From Eledone cirrhosa (taxonomy: Eukaryota), in NCBI GenBank assembly GCA_964016885.1, contig OZ024744.1, forward strand, positions 37,634,001 through 37,698,000: a stretch of DNA of 64,000 nt, read 5' to 3'. The notes under the pieces were generated by a model. The model was not told the origin of the DNA and ran no database searches. It was given only the letters and a program-made list of their open reading frames with translations. A program made the position numbers and the translations under genes. Of the stretch, positions 53,001 through 64,000 are shown one piece after another; position 1 is the first letter of the stretch, and each line of letters begins with the position of its first letter.

Positions 53001-54107
53001 AATGGATAGGAAGACTAGGAAGCTATTGACTATCTACAACATGTTCCACAAGAGGAGTGATGTCGATAGACTCTACCTAAGGAGATCTGAGGGTGGAAGA
53101 GGTCTTATCAGCATAGAGGACTGTGTTCAGATGGAGAAAAACAACCTATACAAATACGTGACCTATAGTAAGGAGCCAATGCTCAGAGCTGTACTGAAGG
53201 AGGGGACAGTAGGCCAGGGGATACCCAAGGAGGAAATAACATCAAGGAGGAAGAGCAGCCTTAAGGGAAAATCCCTTCATAGTACCTTCTTTGAGAAAAC
53301 TGAATTTAGAGATCCACAGACATGGAACTGGTTGAGAAGAGGAGACCTCAAAAAGGCTACAGAAGGAATGCTAATGGCTGCGCAGGAGCAGGCCCTCAAA
53401 ACGAAGTGGTTGAAGCACCATATCTACAAGGAGGAGGCTAGCCCACTGTGCAGGATCTGTGGAGAGAGAGAGGAGACTGTGGCTCACATTGTGTCCGAGT
53501 GTAAACACCTAGCCCAGACCCACTATAAGGGCTGGAGACACGATGTGATGGGCAGGGTGATCCACTGGCACCTGTGCAAAGTAAACAATCTACCACATTC
53601 TGAGAAATGGTATGAGCATAGGCCAGAGGCGGTGATGGAGAACAATCAGGTGAAGGTGCTGTGGGATTTTAGGATACAGACGGACAAAAAACTGGAACAC
53701 AATAGACCTGACCTGGTGGTTGTGGACAAAGAAAAAAGATCGTGCCTGATTGTGGATGTGGCCTGCCCGTTCGACACGAGAGTGCAAGAGAAGGAGAGGG
53801 AGAAAATTAACCGATACCAGGACCTAAAGTGGGAGGTGAAAAGGATTTGGAACTGCCATGAAGTCAAAGTGATCCCGATTGTCATAGGCGCACTGGGGAC
53901 TATCTCCAAAGGTTTCCAGGGATGGTTAAAGAAAATCGGCCCCTTCACGCTTTTTGGAACGCTTCAAAAGGCATGCTTGCTTGGAACGGCAAGAACCCTC
54001 CGATACGTCCTGAATATCTGAGGCTGCAGGTAGTGGCTTGATATTCAATCCAACGGACTTTCCAGTTAACCAACATCAATGACTGAGATTCAAGGAATAA
54101 CAATAAC

Positions 54108-54157
<50 letters not shown>
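50034..54157 (+). mobile_element. R4/Dong-clade RLE non-LTR retrotransposon, family A, intact ORF
   Basis: (TAA)n at both ends, a single ORF and a 3' UTR of about 75 nt. Confidence 0.95.
50629..54021 (+). CDS. 1130-aa retrotransposon protein (N-terminal W-spaced Myb-like region, RT, CCHC knuckle, PD-(D/E)xK restriction-like endonuclease)
   Basis: WKSPGPDG, YRPITCL, DYRKAFD, GIFQGDSLSP, FMDD, YKYLG, CRIC..ET..HI..EC, RHD and RPDLVVVD..IVDV..P.D....KE.EK..Y..L motifs. Confidence 0.95.
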   Translation: METRTSCDRLSPNRCPLAQQQEPDCQRNTADVGGRRRRKGARTNWTKELNRTVMQCYLKSNPKERGYRRRMHNIWNEIGLFKLDEQKLAGQARVIRTNGWISELELEELSRENGLEMAGVVCQTSEPAGNEGEEVLRAEEPPEADNDLNTEINNTWNRDTATEEMNADGLGQDSVDILNLVVDELNNDSGRPMNLRFVDRKKLKETTAKVNKVIPYLEARSLHQCNNILKATANTVRKLLGIKARGNNRQERAEPWWKKRLSGQIGEMRNDIGKLESLLNGTLKNIGTKNRLEIKYKTRSKKLNIIIEELKQRIVAKSAKIRRYENRVSQYKQNRMFDNNQKMLFGQLEGKERGTDLIPGAEQAKTFWRGIWEQDVRHNAQAGWIETVQREIGEQAQQQTDLSITVETLKGQAKKLTNWKSPGPDGVQGYWIKHLTSLHPRLTAMFNDCLVSGEVPEWLTKGTTVLIMKDQIKGNDVTNYRPITCLPVMWKLLTSIVSEEIYHHLHTNNLLPDEQKGCRKKSRGTKDQLLIDKMVMGNCRRRHTDLAMGWIDYRKAFDMVPHSWITKSLEIFRVADNIRQLLGRSMGSWETELTSTGVSLGSVKIKRGIFQGDSLSPLLFVLALMPLTIMLRKVRAGYKLGRGELTINHLLFMDDLKLFGKSEKELDVLVDTVRIFSSDICMQFGIGKCGVIVMRRGRLSRSNGIQIPTGEMIKEIDSEEGYKYLGVLEADGIKNKKMKELLRTEYIRRVRSVLKSHLNSRNAISAVNSRAVSIIRYSAGILRWNVAEQKEMDRKTRKLLTIYNMFHKRSDVDRLYLRRSEGGRGLISIEDCVQMEKNNLYKYVTYSKEPMLRAVLKEGTVGQGIPKEEITSRRKSSLKGKSLHSTFFEKTEFRDPQTWNWLRRGDLKKATEGMLMAAQEQALKTKWLKHHIYKEEASPLCRICGEREETVAHIVSECKHLAQTHYKGWRHDVMGRVIHWHLCKVNNLPHSEKWYEHRPEAVMENNQVKVLWDFRIQTDKKLEHNRPDLVVVDKEKRSCLIVDVACPFDTRVQEKEREKINRYQDLKWEVKRIWNCHEVKVIPIVIGALGTISKGFQGWLKKIGPFTLFGTLQKACLLGTARTLRYVLNI

Positions 54158-57100
54158 GGGAAGAAGACGCACGAGGTGGTAGAAGGTCATGAAATCACTC
54201 CCGTAAGTTTTTGATTTTTAACATATTTCAATCAATTGTGAAATAACAATTATTAGTTCAAATAATGCATAAACCACCGAATCAAGTCTCATAAAAATTC
54301 GGATCCATAATATATTGTTATATCGCTCAAATATTCAATTTTGTATTATATATTTTATATTCAAAAAAGAAAATGGTTATAAATGGAAGAAAACTCCATC
54401 TGTCTACACTATATAGAACAGCCAAATAACAGCAATTTCACCAACACCAGAAACTTAATACACCACCTACCCCATCACCCCGCTGTGTACACTAAATATA
54501 ACAGCCAGATAACGGCAATTTCACCACCACCACCAATCCCAGCATCATAATAATAATTACTATTATTATTGTCTCAAGTTTTAACAAAATCTTTAATTCC
54601 AATTTTACTAGAATATCTCAACGCATATATTAAACATACGCGGCACAAACGCATAGATACTAAGGATCAAACAAGACTAGTCTATTCAACACAGATATTA
54701 AACATACGCGACACAAACGCATAGATAATACATATAAAAAAAAAAAACTCAGTAACGACAACGCCACCGCCGCCACCACTCGATCCATCATTGCTAGCAC
54801 TACCCCATCACCGCCGCCACCACTCCTTCATTGCTACCACCACTATTCCCCTGTTAACTTAAGAAAGGGGAAGGTAGCGGTATTACTAGACAAGGGAGAG
54901 GCTAGCAAAAGATATAAATAGATTGACTTAGTGACCTGGCCACCGACCAAACGTCAACAACTATGGCACTGCTGGCTCCCCCCTTCCTCACCAACATTAT
55001 AAAAAGCCCCAGCACCACCACCGACATAGCCAACAACAATAACAGGTAACTTCAGCAAAAAGTATATTATATTATTGTAATGCACTGGGTGATTGCTGGC
55101 CTTGTGCCTGGAGTGGAGACAATTATTATTATTAATAATTTCATTCTTAAGCCTCGCAATGCTCACATTAAGGAACCGCTCATGATAATAACAATTTAAA
55201 AAAACAACAAAAAAGAAAACCCCGTGACCAAGAAATACCGGGATGGCGGCCGGCGGGGAATAGCCGTGTCTCTAGGGGAGAACGACCCCTCTAGTCTTGG
55301 TTGACACTCGTTCTAGAAGTGGTAACACGAAATGATTACCTCTTGGCGGATAAGGATAAAACGCGAGAAAATAAAGTAAATGTCTAATGATAAAATCTCA
55401 TACCGGATCGGCCGTCAGCCGGGTAAAAAAGGGCCGCGTCCCTCAGAGAGGAACCAGACTGGGGTCGAAAAATCAGCTAATGGTTCAAACCTTCCCATCA
55501 CTTCGGAATACTCCTACTGTTGGCCCTCCATGCTCACCACCAAGAAATCCAAAGAAAAAGAGAGAAAAATGGTCAAGGGAAGTCCTTGAGGCTTTCTACA
55601 CTGCCATGTACTACCCATCAAATACATCGAATACAGAACAGACATATATCAACTGGAAAAAGAAACATTCCGAAAACAGAGGCTATATTGACAGTAACAA
55701 ACTAGCCAATATAGGAAGAAATATTGTAAGAAAAAAGTTACTAACTGATATAGAAATTGATCAGATCAAGCTATTAGCACAAAGTCAGCGAAGGGAAAAT
55801 GAAACATGTGTCAGTGAAAACGAGGTAAACTGTAACACTTCGAATCCCAGCGTTGGGGCGGAATCACTGGCAACAGAACAAATTAAAGAAAGGATCGAAA
55901 AAGTGGAGGGAGTGCATGCTCAGGATGAAACTCCAAATGAAAATAATGAGATCGTAAATGATAAAGAAATGAATGAGAATGAACTTGCCAACTTGAAGGA
56001 TGAAATTATGATCGAATGGATGAAAATGAAAGAATCTGACATGGGGCAACGAGACACCCTCCTTAAGATCCAGAACTCCAAACAGAACCAAAAGATAATA
56101 CACAAGACTAACATAATTCTCAAAAACATTACCATCACAAACAAACGAAACATTACTGACTTAAATCATCTCTATTATGCATCGGCTAAAGTCACCACTC
56201 ACTTATGTGGAGTGAAGATGAAAAAACAAAGGAATTCCCACAAGAAATCTACTTGGCAAGAGAACATCAATCGCCAAATAAACCTTCTGACATAGAAATT
56301 TTAACAAACTATAAAGTAGGTGAACATGTTAAATAAACTAAACTTAGAAAATTAAAAAGAAAGTATAGTATAAAATCAACAAGTGACATAGACATGCTGA
56401 TAGAAATAATCAAGCAAAAAGTGTCGGCCAAAGCTGCTCGTATGAGGTGCTTTGAAAAACGATCTAGATTCTATAAGGTCAATATGTTCAAAAACAACCT
56501 AAGAAACTTCTACAGAAAAATTGGTAAGTCAACAATAACTGCTAAATCAATACCACCCAAGGAGGAAGTGCAAGAATTCTGGGAAAAGATCTGGGCCGAA
56601 GAAAAAGTTAATAACATACATGCCCCATGGATAGACAGACAAATGAAAGATACAGCTCACCTTGAGGAAAAAATATGGGAAAACATAACAGTTGAACAGT
56701 TGCGCTTGGCTCTAAGAAAAACCAGCAAATGGAAATCCCCAGGAAAAGACAAAATACAAAACTTTTGGATAAATGCCTTCACAGAGTCTCATGAGCTGTT
56801 AGCCCAACTTTACAATGAAATAGTTAAGGAGCCAGAAAAGATACCATCATGGCTAGTTAACGGCATTACATTCCTGCTTCCGAAGAATGATGAGACAAAC
56901 AATCCCAAAAATTACAGACCGATAACTTGCTTGACCACAATGTATAAAATTTTAACATCAGTCCTAACTGAATACACATATGACCACCTGATAACAAATG
57001 ACCTATTTCCCATTCAGCAGAAAGGGTGTAAACGAGGCTCATATGGCTGTAAGGATCAGCTTTTCGTTAACAAAATGATACTGGAAGATTGTCATAATAG

Positions 57101-59123
57101 ACACAAAAATCTATCGATTGCTTGGATAGATTATAAAAGAAAGCATTCGATAGTTTGCCACACAGTTGGATTGAAAAATGTTTAGAGATTTTCAAAATAT
57201 CCCCCGTTGTCAGGAAGTTTTTGTCATTCAGTATGAAGACATGGAAAATGACACTCCTTTTGAATAGTGAAACAAAATCACTGGAAGCTGGAGAGTTAAT
57301 ATTAATTGTGGAATTTTTCAGGGTGACTCTTTATCACCGCTTTTATTCTGCATCGCACTTATACCATTAAGTAAAATGCTCAATGAAACAAAACATGGAT
57401 ATAGTCTATGACAAAACCATTAATTACTTGTTCTACATGGATGACCTGAAACTATTTGCAAAAAATGATGAACAATTGCAAGGGCTATTATCCACTGTGG
57501 AGCAGTTCAGTGATGACATTAAAATGGAGTTTGGACTAGATAAATGCGCCAAAGCAACGTTCACCAGAGGAAAGCTGCTGAAGAGTTCAGACATTAATCT
57601 TGATCGGGGGAACGTGATAAGGGAACTTGATCAAGAAAAAACTTACAAATATCTAGGTGTTTGTGAAGGAGACGGAATCAAGCACTCGACAATGAGGGAA
57701 AGGATAAGGAAGGAATGTTACCGCAGAGTAAGAGCAATCTTAAGAACGGAATTGAATGCAAGGAATAGGATCGATGCCATAAACACGCTTGCTATACCAG
57801 TAGTAACCTACAGTTACAATGTCATCAACTCGTCAAGCACAGAGATCCGTAGGCTCGATACAAAAATTCGAAGATTCTTAACCATGCACAGAATGCATCA
57901 CCCTAAGGCAGATACAGATAGAATATATCTCCCTAGGAAAGAAGGAGGACGTGGGTTAATCCAGTTAAACATTGCGTTGAAAACTGCAACAATTGGATTA
58001 TCTACATATCTAAGGGAATCACATGATTGGATGATCAAACTCGTTTTGAAACACGAAAGCATCAAGAGATCATACTCCATTACAAAAGATGCACAAAGAT
58101 ACAGTAATGGACTACACATTTCAGAAGTCCCATTTACTGCTGAAATGGAAAACACAGAAAAAGCAAAGCAGGTAAAAGTAACTGCAAAGAAAGAACTGCT
58201 ACAGAAACTGGCTAAGAAATGGCAAGAAAAGCCTCTGTATGGAAAATACCCAGAACGAGCTAACAATCCTGATGTTGACAAAACTTTAACCCATCAGTGG
58301 TTGGCATCCTCTGGACTGAAATCGGAGACTGAAGCACTGATTATATCAGCACAAGATCAGTGTCTGCCAACAAAAAATTACCAAGCCAACATAATAAAAA
58401 ATGGATGCAGCCCATTATGCCGTGTATGTAAAAAACAACTAGAGACCATTGACCATATAATTTCAATGTGCAGTCCTATAGCTCCAACCGAATACCTAAA
58501 CAGGCATGATAGAGCTGCACAATACATACATTTGATAATGAGTAAGCATTTTGATCTGCCCCATCAAAAGAATTGGTGGGAGCATCAACCACCTCCCATA
58601 CTTGAAAAAGATCACATCTCAATCTTGTGGAACTTTAGCATGCAAACAGACCGAAAAATAGATGCAAATAGACCTGATATAATACTGAAGGACTTTAAAA
58701 AGAGGATATGCCTGCTAATTGATATGTCTGTTCCAATAGACAAGAATGTATCTATAAAAACATTTGAAAAATTGAGCAAGTATAAGGACCTGGAGATAGA
58801 AATTGGAAAAATGTGGAAATTGAGAACTAAAGCAATACCAGTGGTTGTAGGCGCTCTAGGGATGATACCTAAGGGGTCTAATGATTACTTATCGCAAATC
58901 CCAGGAAACCCGCGTATAGGAGAAATACAAAAGATAGTACTAATGGGAACTCCCCATGTACTAAGGAAGATTCTGTCAATATATGTACATCACAAGTCTA
59001 AACACTAAAGATGCATGTGTGAGTATGTATGTTCTTTCTTGAACATGGCGGACCTTGTTGTCTCTTGAGGTCACTGGTTGTGACTTGGTGATAACTCGTA
59101 TGAACATAAAGCAAGATAAATGC

Positions 59124-59187
<64 letters not shown>
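54158..59187 (+). mobile_element. Diverged R4/Dong family-B element (frameshifted) with its upstream module and a (TAA)n tail
   Basis: ORF pieces 55387-56295, 56394-57185, 57155-57370 and 57383-59008 contain WKSPGKD, YRPITCL, YMDD, CRVC..H..C, RHD and RPDIILKD. Whether 54158-55220 belongs to the element is uncertain. Confidence 0.85.
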
Positions 59188-59353
59188 GGGAAGAAGACGC
59201 ACGAGGTGACGGAGGTCATGAAATCGCTCCCGTAAGTTTTGAATTTTTAACATATTTAAATCATTTGTGAAATAACAACTCTTAGTACAAATGCTACGTA
59301 AAGCACCCGGCTTGAGCCCCCAAAAAATTCGGACCCAAAATATATTGTTATAA

Positions 59354-59998
59354 GGCTCAAATATTCAAATATTCAACTTTGTATTGTACACTGTATATCC
59401 AAAAAAAAATGGCTATAAATGGAAGAAGAAGAACCCCCCCCCCCTCCTCTCCACTGGCTACACTATATAGGACAGCTAAACTCACCAACACCAGAAACTA
59501 GATACACCACCCACCCCATCATCTATGTACACTAAACACAACAGCATTTTCACCTTCACCGCCACCGCTCACTACGGCCATCATTACCACCACTATCCCA
59601 TCACCGCCGCCACCACCCCTTGACTCCTTCACTGCTGCTGCCACCGCTACAGCACCATCACTACAGTAATACGGCTCAAATATTCAAATATTCAACTTTG
59701 TATTGTACACTGTATATCCCAAAAAAATAAAATGGCTATAAATGGAAGAAGAAGAACCCCCCCCCCCCTTCTCTCCTCTGGCTACACTATATAGGACAGC
59801 GAAACTCACCAACACCAGAAACTAGATACACCACCCACCCCATCATCTGTGTACACTAAACACAACAGCATTTTCACCTTCACCGCCACCGCTCACTACG
59901 GCCATCATTACCACCACTATCCCATCACCGCCGCCACCACCCCTTGACTCCTTCACTGCTGCTGCCACCGCTACAGCACCATCACTACAGTAATACGG
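59354..59998. repeat. Approximately 320-bp tandem duplication
   Basis: Units start at 59354 and 59673 (ggctcaaatattcaaatattc). Confidence 0.9.
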
Positions 59999-60571
59999 TC
60001 GCATCACCGCCACCACTGCCTCGGTATCGACATCACCACCACCACTGTCTCAGTATCGCCAACGCCGCCAGTCTCTGCTGGCTGCCACTTCCACATTATA
60101 GAATTCCTACTACTAACAAAGAGGAAGGCATCAAAATATATAGATAGACTCAAAAGAAAAAAGAAAAAACAAACAACAAAAGCAGCACAGCAACAACAGC
60201 AAAAAACGAGAAAAACAAACAGAGAAAAACAAAAACAAAAAAAGAAACCCCCAAAACGTAAAGAAAATAAGAATGAAGAGAGAAGCAGGCGGACGGACAG
60301 AGAAGAGGGGGGGAAAAGTAAAACTTAAAAAACAAAAACTAAGTCAGACATTCGAATACTACATTACAATGAAACTTATGCTTATTCATTTTTGGGGCCC
60401 TTTCTGCCCGTGTGTTTGTTTGTTTATGTGTGTCCGTATACAGCGTGGTGATAATGCCACACAAGGGCCAAGTGGGATGGCGGATCCACAGATGGCTATG
60501 TAAACATACATTCGCCAATCCTCGATAAGAGTGTTTAAATATCGAACATAAACAGTTCGAATAACGGTGAA

Positions 60572-63500
60572 ATGGAGACTAGAACGTCATGTGACAGACT
60601 CTCACCCAACAGGTGCCCCCTGGCTCAGCAGCAGGAACCTGACTGTCAACCAAATACTGCTGATGTTGGAGGAAGAAGAAGAAGGAAAGGGGCCAGAACC
60701 AACTGGACGAAAGAATTGAATAGAACTGTTATGCAATGCTACCTGAAAAGTAACCCCAAGGAGAGGGGCTACAGGAGACGGATGCATAACATCTGGAACG
60801 AGATTGGTTTATTTAAATTAGATGAACAAAAATTGGCCGGGCAGGCTCGGGTAATAAGAACTAATGGGTGGATAAGCGAGCTGGAACGGGAGGAACTGAG
60901 CAGAGAGAATGGCTTGGAGATGGCGGGTGTAGTATGCCAGACAAGCGAGCCGGCGGGAAATGAAGGTGAGGAGGTCCTGAGAACGGAGGAACCACCCGAA
61001 GCAGACAATGATCTGAATACTGAGATAAATAATACCTGGAACAGAGATACGGCCACTGAGGAGATGAATGCTGACGGGCTAGGACAAGATTCGGTTGACA
61101 TCCTAAATTTAGTGGTAGATGAGTTGAACAATGATAGTGGGAGACCTATGAACCTAAGATTTGTAGACAGGAAAAAGTTAAAAGAAACAACAGCTAAGGT
61201 AAACAAAGTCATCCCATACCTTGAGGCGAGGAGTCTTCACCAGTGCAACAATATCCTCAAAGCAACAGCAAATACGGTGAGGAAACTACTTGGTATAAAA
61301 GCGAGAGGAAACAACAGACAAGAAAGAGCAGAGCCGTGGTGGAAGAAGCGACTGAGTGGGCAAATCGGGGAAATGAGAAATGACATAGGAAAGCTTGAGT
61401 CACTACTGAATGGGACACTAAAAAACATAGGCACTAAAAATAGACTGGAAATAAAATACAAAACTAGGAGTAAAAAGCTAAATATTATCATAGAGGAATT
61501 GAAGCAACGCATTGTAGCAAAGAGTGCCAAAATCAGGCGATACGAGAACAGAGTCAGTCAGTATAAACAGAACCGCATGTTCGACAACAACCAGAAGATG
61601 CTGTTTGGACAGCTTGAGGGGAAAGAAAGAGGCAACGACTTGATCCCTGGGGCGGAACAAGCTAAAACATTCTGGAGAGGAATATGGGAGCAGGATGTTA
61701 GACACAATGCCCAGGCAGGGTGGATTGAGACAGTACAGAGGGAGATCGGTGAGCAGGCACAGCAACAGACTGATTTGAGTATCACAGTTGAAACTCTTAA
61801 GGGGCAAGCCAAAAAACTAACCAACTGGAAATCACCAGGTCCAGATGGTGTGCAGGGGTATTGGATTAAACATTTAACATCCCTCCACCCGAAGCTGACG
61901 GCCATGTTCAATGACTGCTTGGTGTCGGGTGAGGTGCCAGAGTGGTTGACAAAAGGTACCACAGTTCTGATAATGAAAGACCGAATCAAGGGTAATGATG
62001 TTACCAACTATAGACCTATCACATGTCTGCCCGTAATGTGGAAACTGTTGACGAGCATTGTGTCTGAGGAAATCTACCATCACCTCCACACAAACAACTT
62101 GTTGCCGGACGAACAGAAAGGATGCCGAAAGAAGTCACGTGGTACAAAGGACCAGTTGCTTATTGATAAGATGGTAATGGGGAATTGCAGGAGGAGACAC
62201 ACTGATCTTGCCATGGGATGGATAGACTACAGAAAGGCATTTGACATGGTGCCTCATTCCTGGATCACCAAAAGCCTGGAGATCTTCAGGGTGGCAGATA
62301 ACATCAGACAGTTGCTGGGCAGGAGTATGGGGTCCTGGGAGACAGAGTTGACATCAACTGGAGTATCCTTGGGAAGCGTGAAGATCAAGAGAGGTATCTT
62401 CCAGGGAGATAGCCTGTCCCCTCTGTTGTTTGTCCTTGCCCTGATGCCCTTGACCATTATGCTGCGAAAAGTGAGAGCAGGATACAAGTTGGGAAGGGGA
62501 GAGCTTACCATCAATCACCTCCTCTTCATGGACGATCTTAAGCTCTTCGGGAAAAGTGAGAAGGAGTTGGATGTGCTTGTTGACACTGTCCGTATTTTCA
62601 GCAGTGATATATGTATGCAGTTTGGTATTGGTAAATGTGGAGTCATAGTGATGGGGAGGGGTAGGTTGAGCAGAAGTAACGGGATCCAGATACCAACAGG
62701 TGAGATGATAAAGGAAATTGACTCTGAGGAAGGATACAAGTATTTGGGCGTTCTGGAGGCTGATGGCATAAAGAACAAAAAAATGAAGGAATTGTTAAGA
62801 ACTGAATACATTCGGAGAGTAAGGAGCGTATTGAAGTCACATCTGAACAGCAGAAATGCCATAAGCGCAGTAAATTCCCGAGCTGTGTCTATTATTAGGT
62901 ACAGTGCGGGAATTCTGAGATGGAATGTTGCTGAACAAAAAGAAATGGATAGGAAGACTAGGAAGCTATTGACTATCTACAACATGTTCCACAAGAGGAG
63001 TGGTGTCGATAGACTCTACCTAAGGAGATCTGAGGGTGGAAGAGGTCTTATCAGCATAGAGGACTGTGTTCAGATGGAGAAAAACAACCTATACAAATAC
63101 GTGACCTATAGTAAGGAGCCAATGCTCAGAGCTGTACTGAAGGAGGGGACAGTAGGCCAGGGGATATCCAAGGAGGAACTAACATCAAGGAGGAAGAGCA
63201 GCCTTAAGGGAAAATCCCTTCATAGTACCTTCTTTGAGAAAACTGAATTTAGAGATCCACAGACATGGAACTGGTTGAGAAGAGGAGACCTCAAAAAGGC
63301 TACAGAAGGAATGCTAATGGCTGCGCAGGAGCAGGCCCTCAAAACGAAGTGGTTGAAGCACCATATCTACAAGGAGGAGGCTAGCCCACTGTGCAGGATC
63401 TGTGGAGAGAGAGAGGAGACTGTGGCTCACATTGTGTCCGAGTGTAAACACCTAGCCCAGACCCACTATAAGGGCTGGAGACACGATGTGATGGGCAGGG

Positions 63501-63577
63501 TGATCCACTGGCACCTGTGCAAAGTAAACAATCTACCACATTCTGAGAAATGGCAAGAACCCTCCGATACGTCCTGA
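60572..63577 (+). pseudogene. 1001-aa RT protein lacking the RLE catalytic core
   Basis: About 10 aa differences from the intact copy, then ends HSEKWQEPSDTS after the deletion. Confidence 0.9.
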
Positions 63578-63699
63578 ATATCTGAGGCTGCAGGTAGTGG
63601 CTTGATATTCAATCCAACGGACTTTCCAGTTAACCAACATCAATGACTGAGATTCAAGGAATAACAATAACAATAATAATAATAATAATAATAATAATA

Positions 63700-64000
63700 G
63701 TGATGGACAGGGTGATCCACTGGCACCTATGCAAAGTAAACAATTTACCACATTCTGAGAAGTGGTATGAGCATAAGCCAGAGGCGGTGATAGAAAACGA
63801 TCAGGTGAAGGTGCTGTAGGATTTTAGGATACAGACGGACAATAAACTGGAACACAATAGACCTGACCTGGTGGTTGTTGACAAAGAAAAAAGATCGTGC
63901 CTGATTGTGGATGTGACCTGCCCATTCGACACGAGAGTGCAGGAGAAGGAGAGGGAGAAAATTAACCGATACCAGGACTTAAAGTGGGAGGTAAAAAGGA
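63700..64000 (+). mobile_element. 5'-truncated family-A copy running off the window
   Basis: Matches from 53545 onward, has an in-frame TAG replacing TGG, and starts right after (TAA)n. Confidence 0.9.

Larger units (their letters stand above)
59188..63699 (+). mobile_element. Second family-A R4/Dong copy with an endonuclease deletion
   Basis: About 99% identical by eye to 50034-54157 from 59973 onward. A 379-nt deletion falls at 63553/63554, followed by a (TAA)n tail. Confidence 0.93.

Noticed and set aside
50659-53948. Antisense ORFs over the R4 ORF and its second copy
   Set aside because: Shadow frames of a purine-rich coding strand.

Overview
Eukaryotic, AT-rich, repeat-saturated genomic DNA. 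The (TA)n/(CATA)n/(AAC)n/(TAA)n microsatellite load and the SINE/LINE mix resemble a coleoid cephalopod such as Octopus; this is inference and no database was checked. Nearly all listed ORFs are microsatellite or antisense artefacts. The main contents are: (1) a 14+ kb head-to-tail array of (TAA)n-inserted R4/Dong-clade RLE retrotransposons at 49666-64000, including one intact 1130-aa ORF; (2) a near-full-length decayed Tx1/L1-clade LINE lying head-to-head with that array; (3) two decayed Penelope-like elements and about ten hammerhead-ribozyme motifs, several duplicated into DNA palindromes inside (TA)n; (4) a second R4-like RLE group always found in (CATA)n, antisense to RTE elements that carry (TATG)n tails; (5) RTE fragments, bipartite RTE-derived short elements and two tRNA-SINE families; (6) a candidate small spliced secreted-protein gene on the minus strand at the left edge. 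The main hypothesis is that retroelements partition the region by microsatellite type, with each family creating or occupying its own simple-repeat niche.
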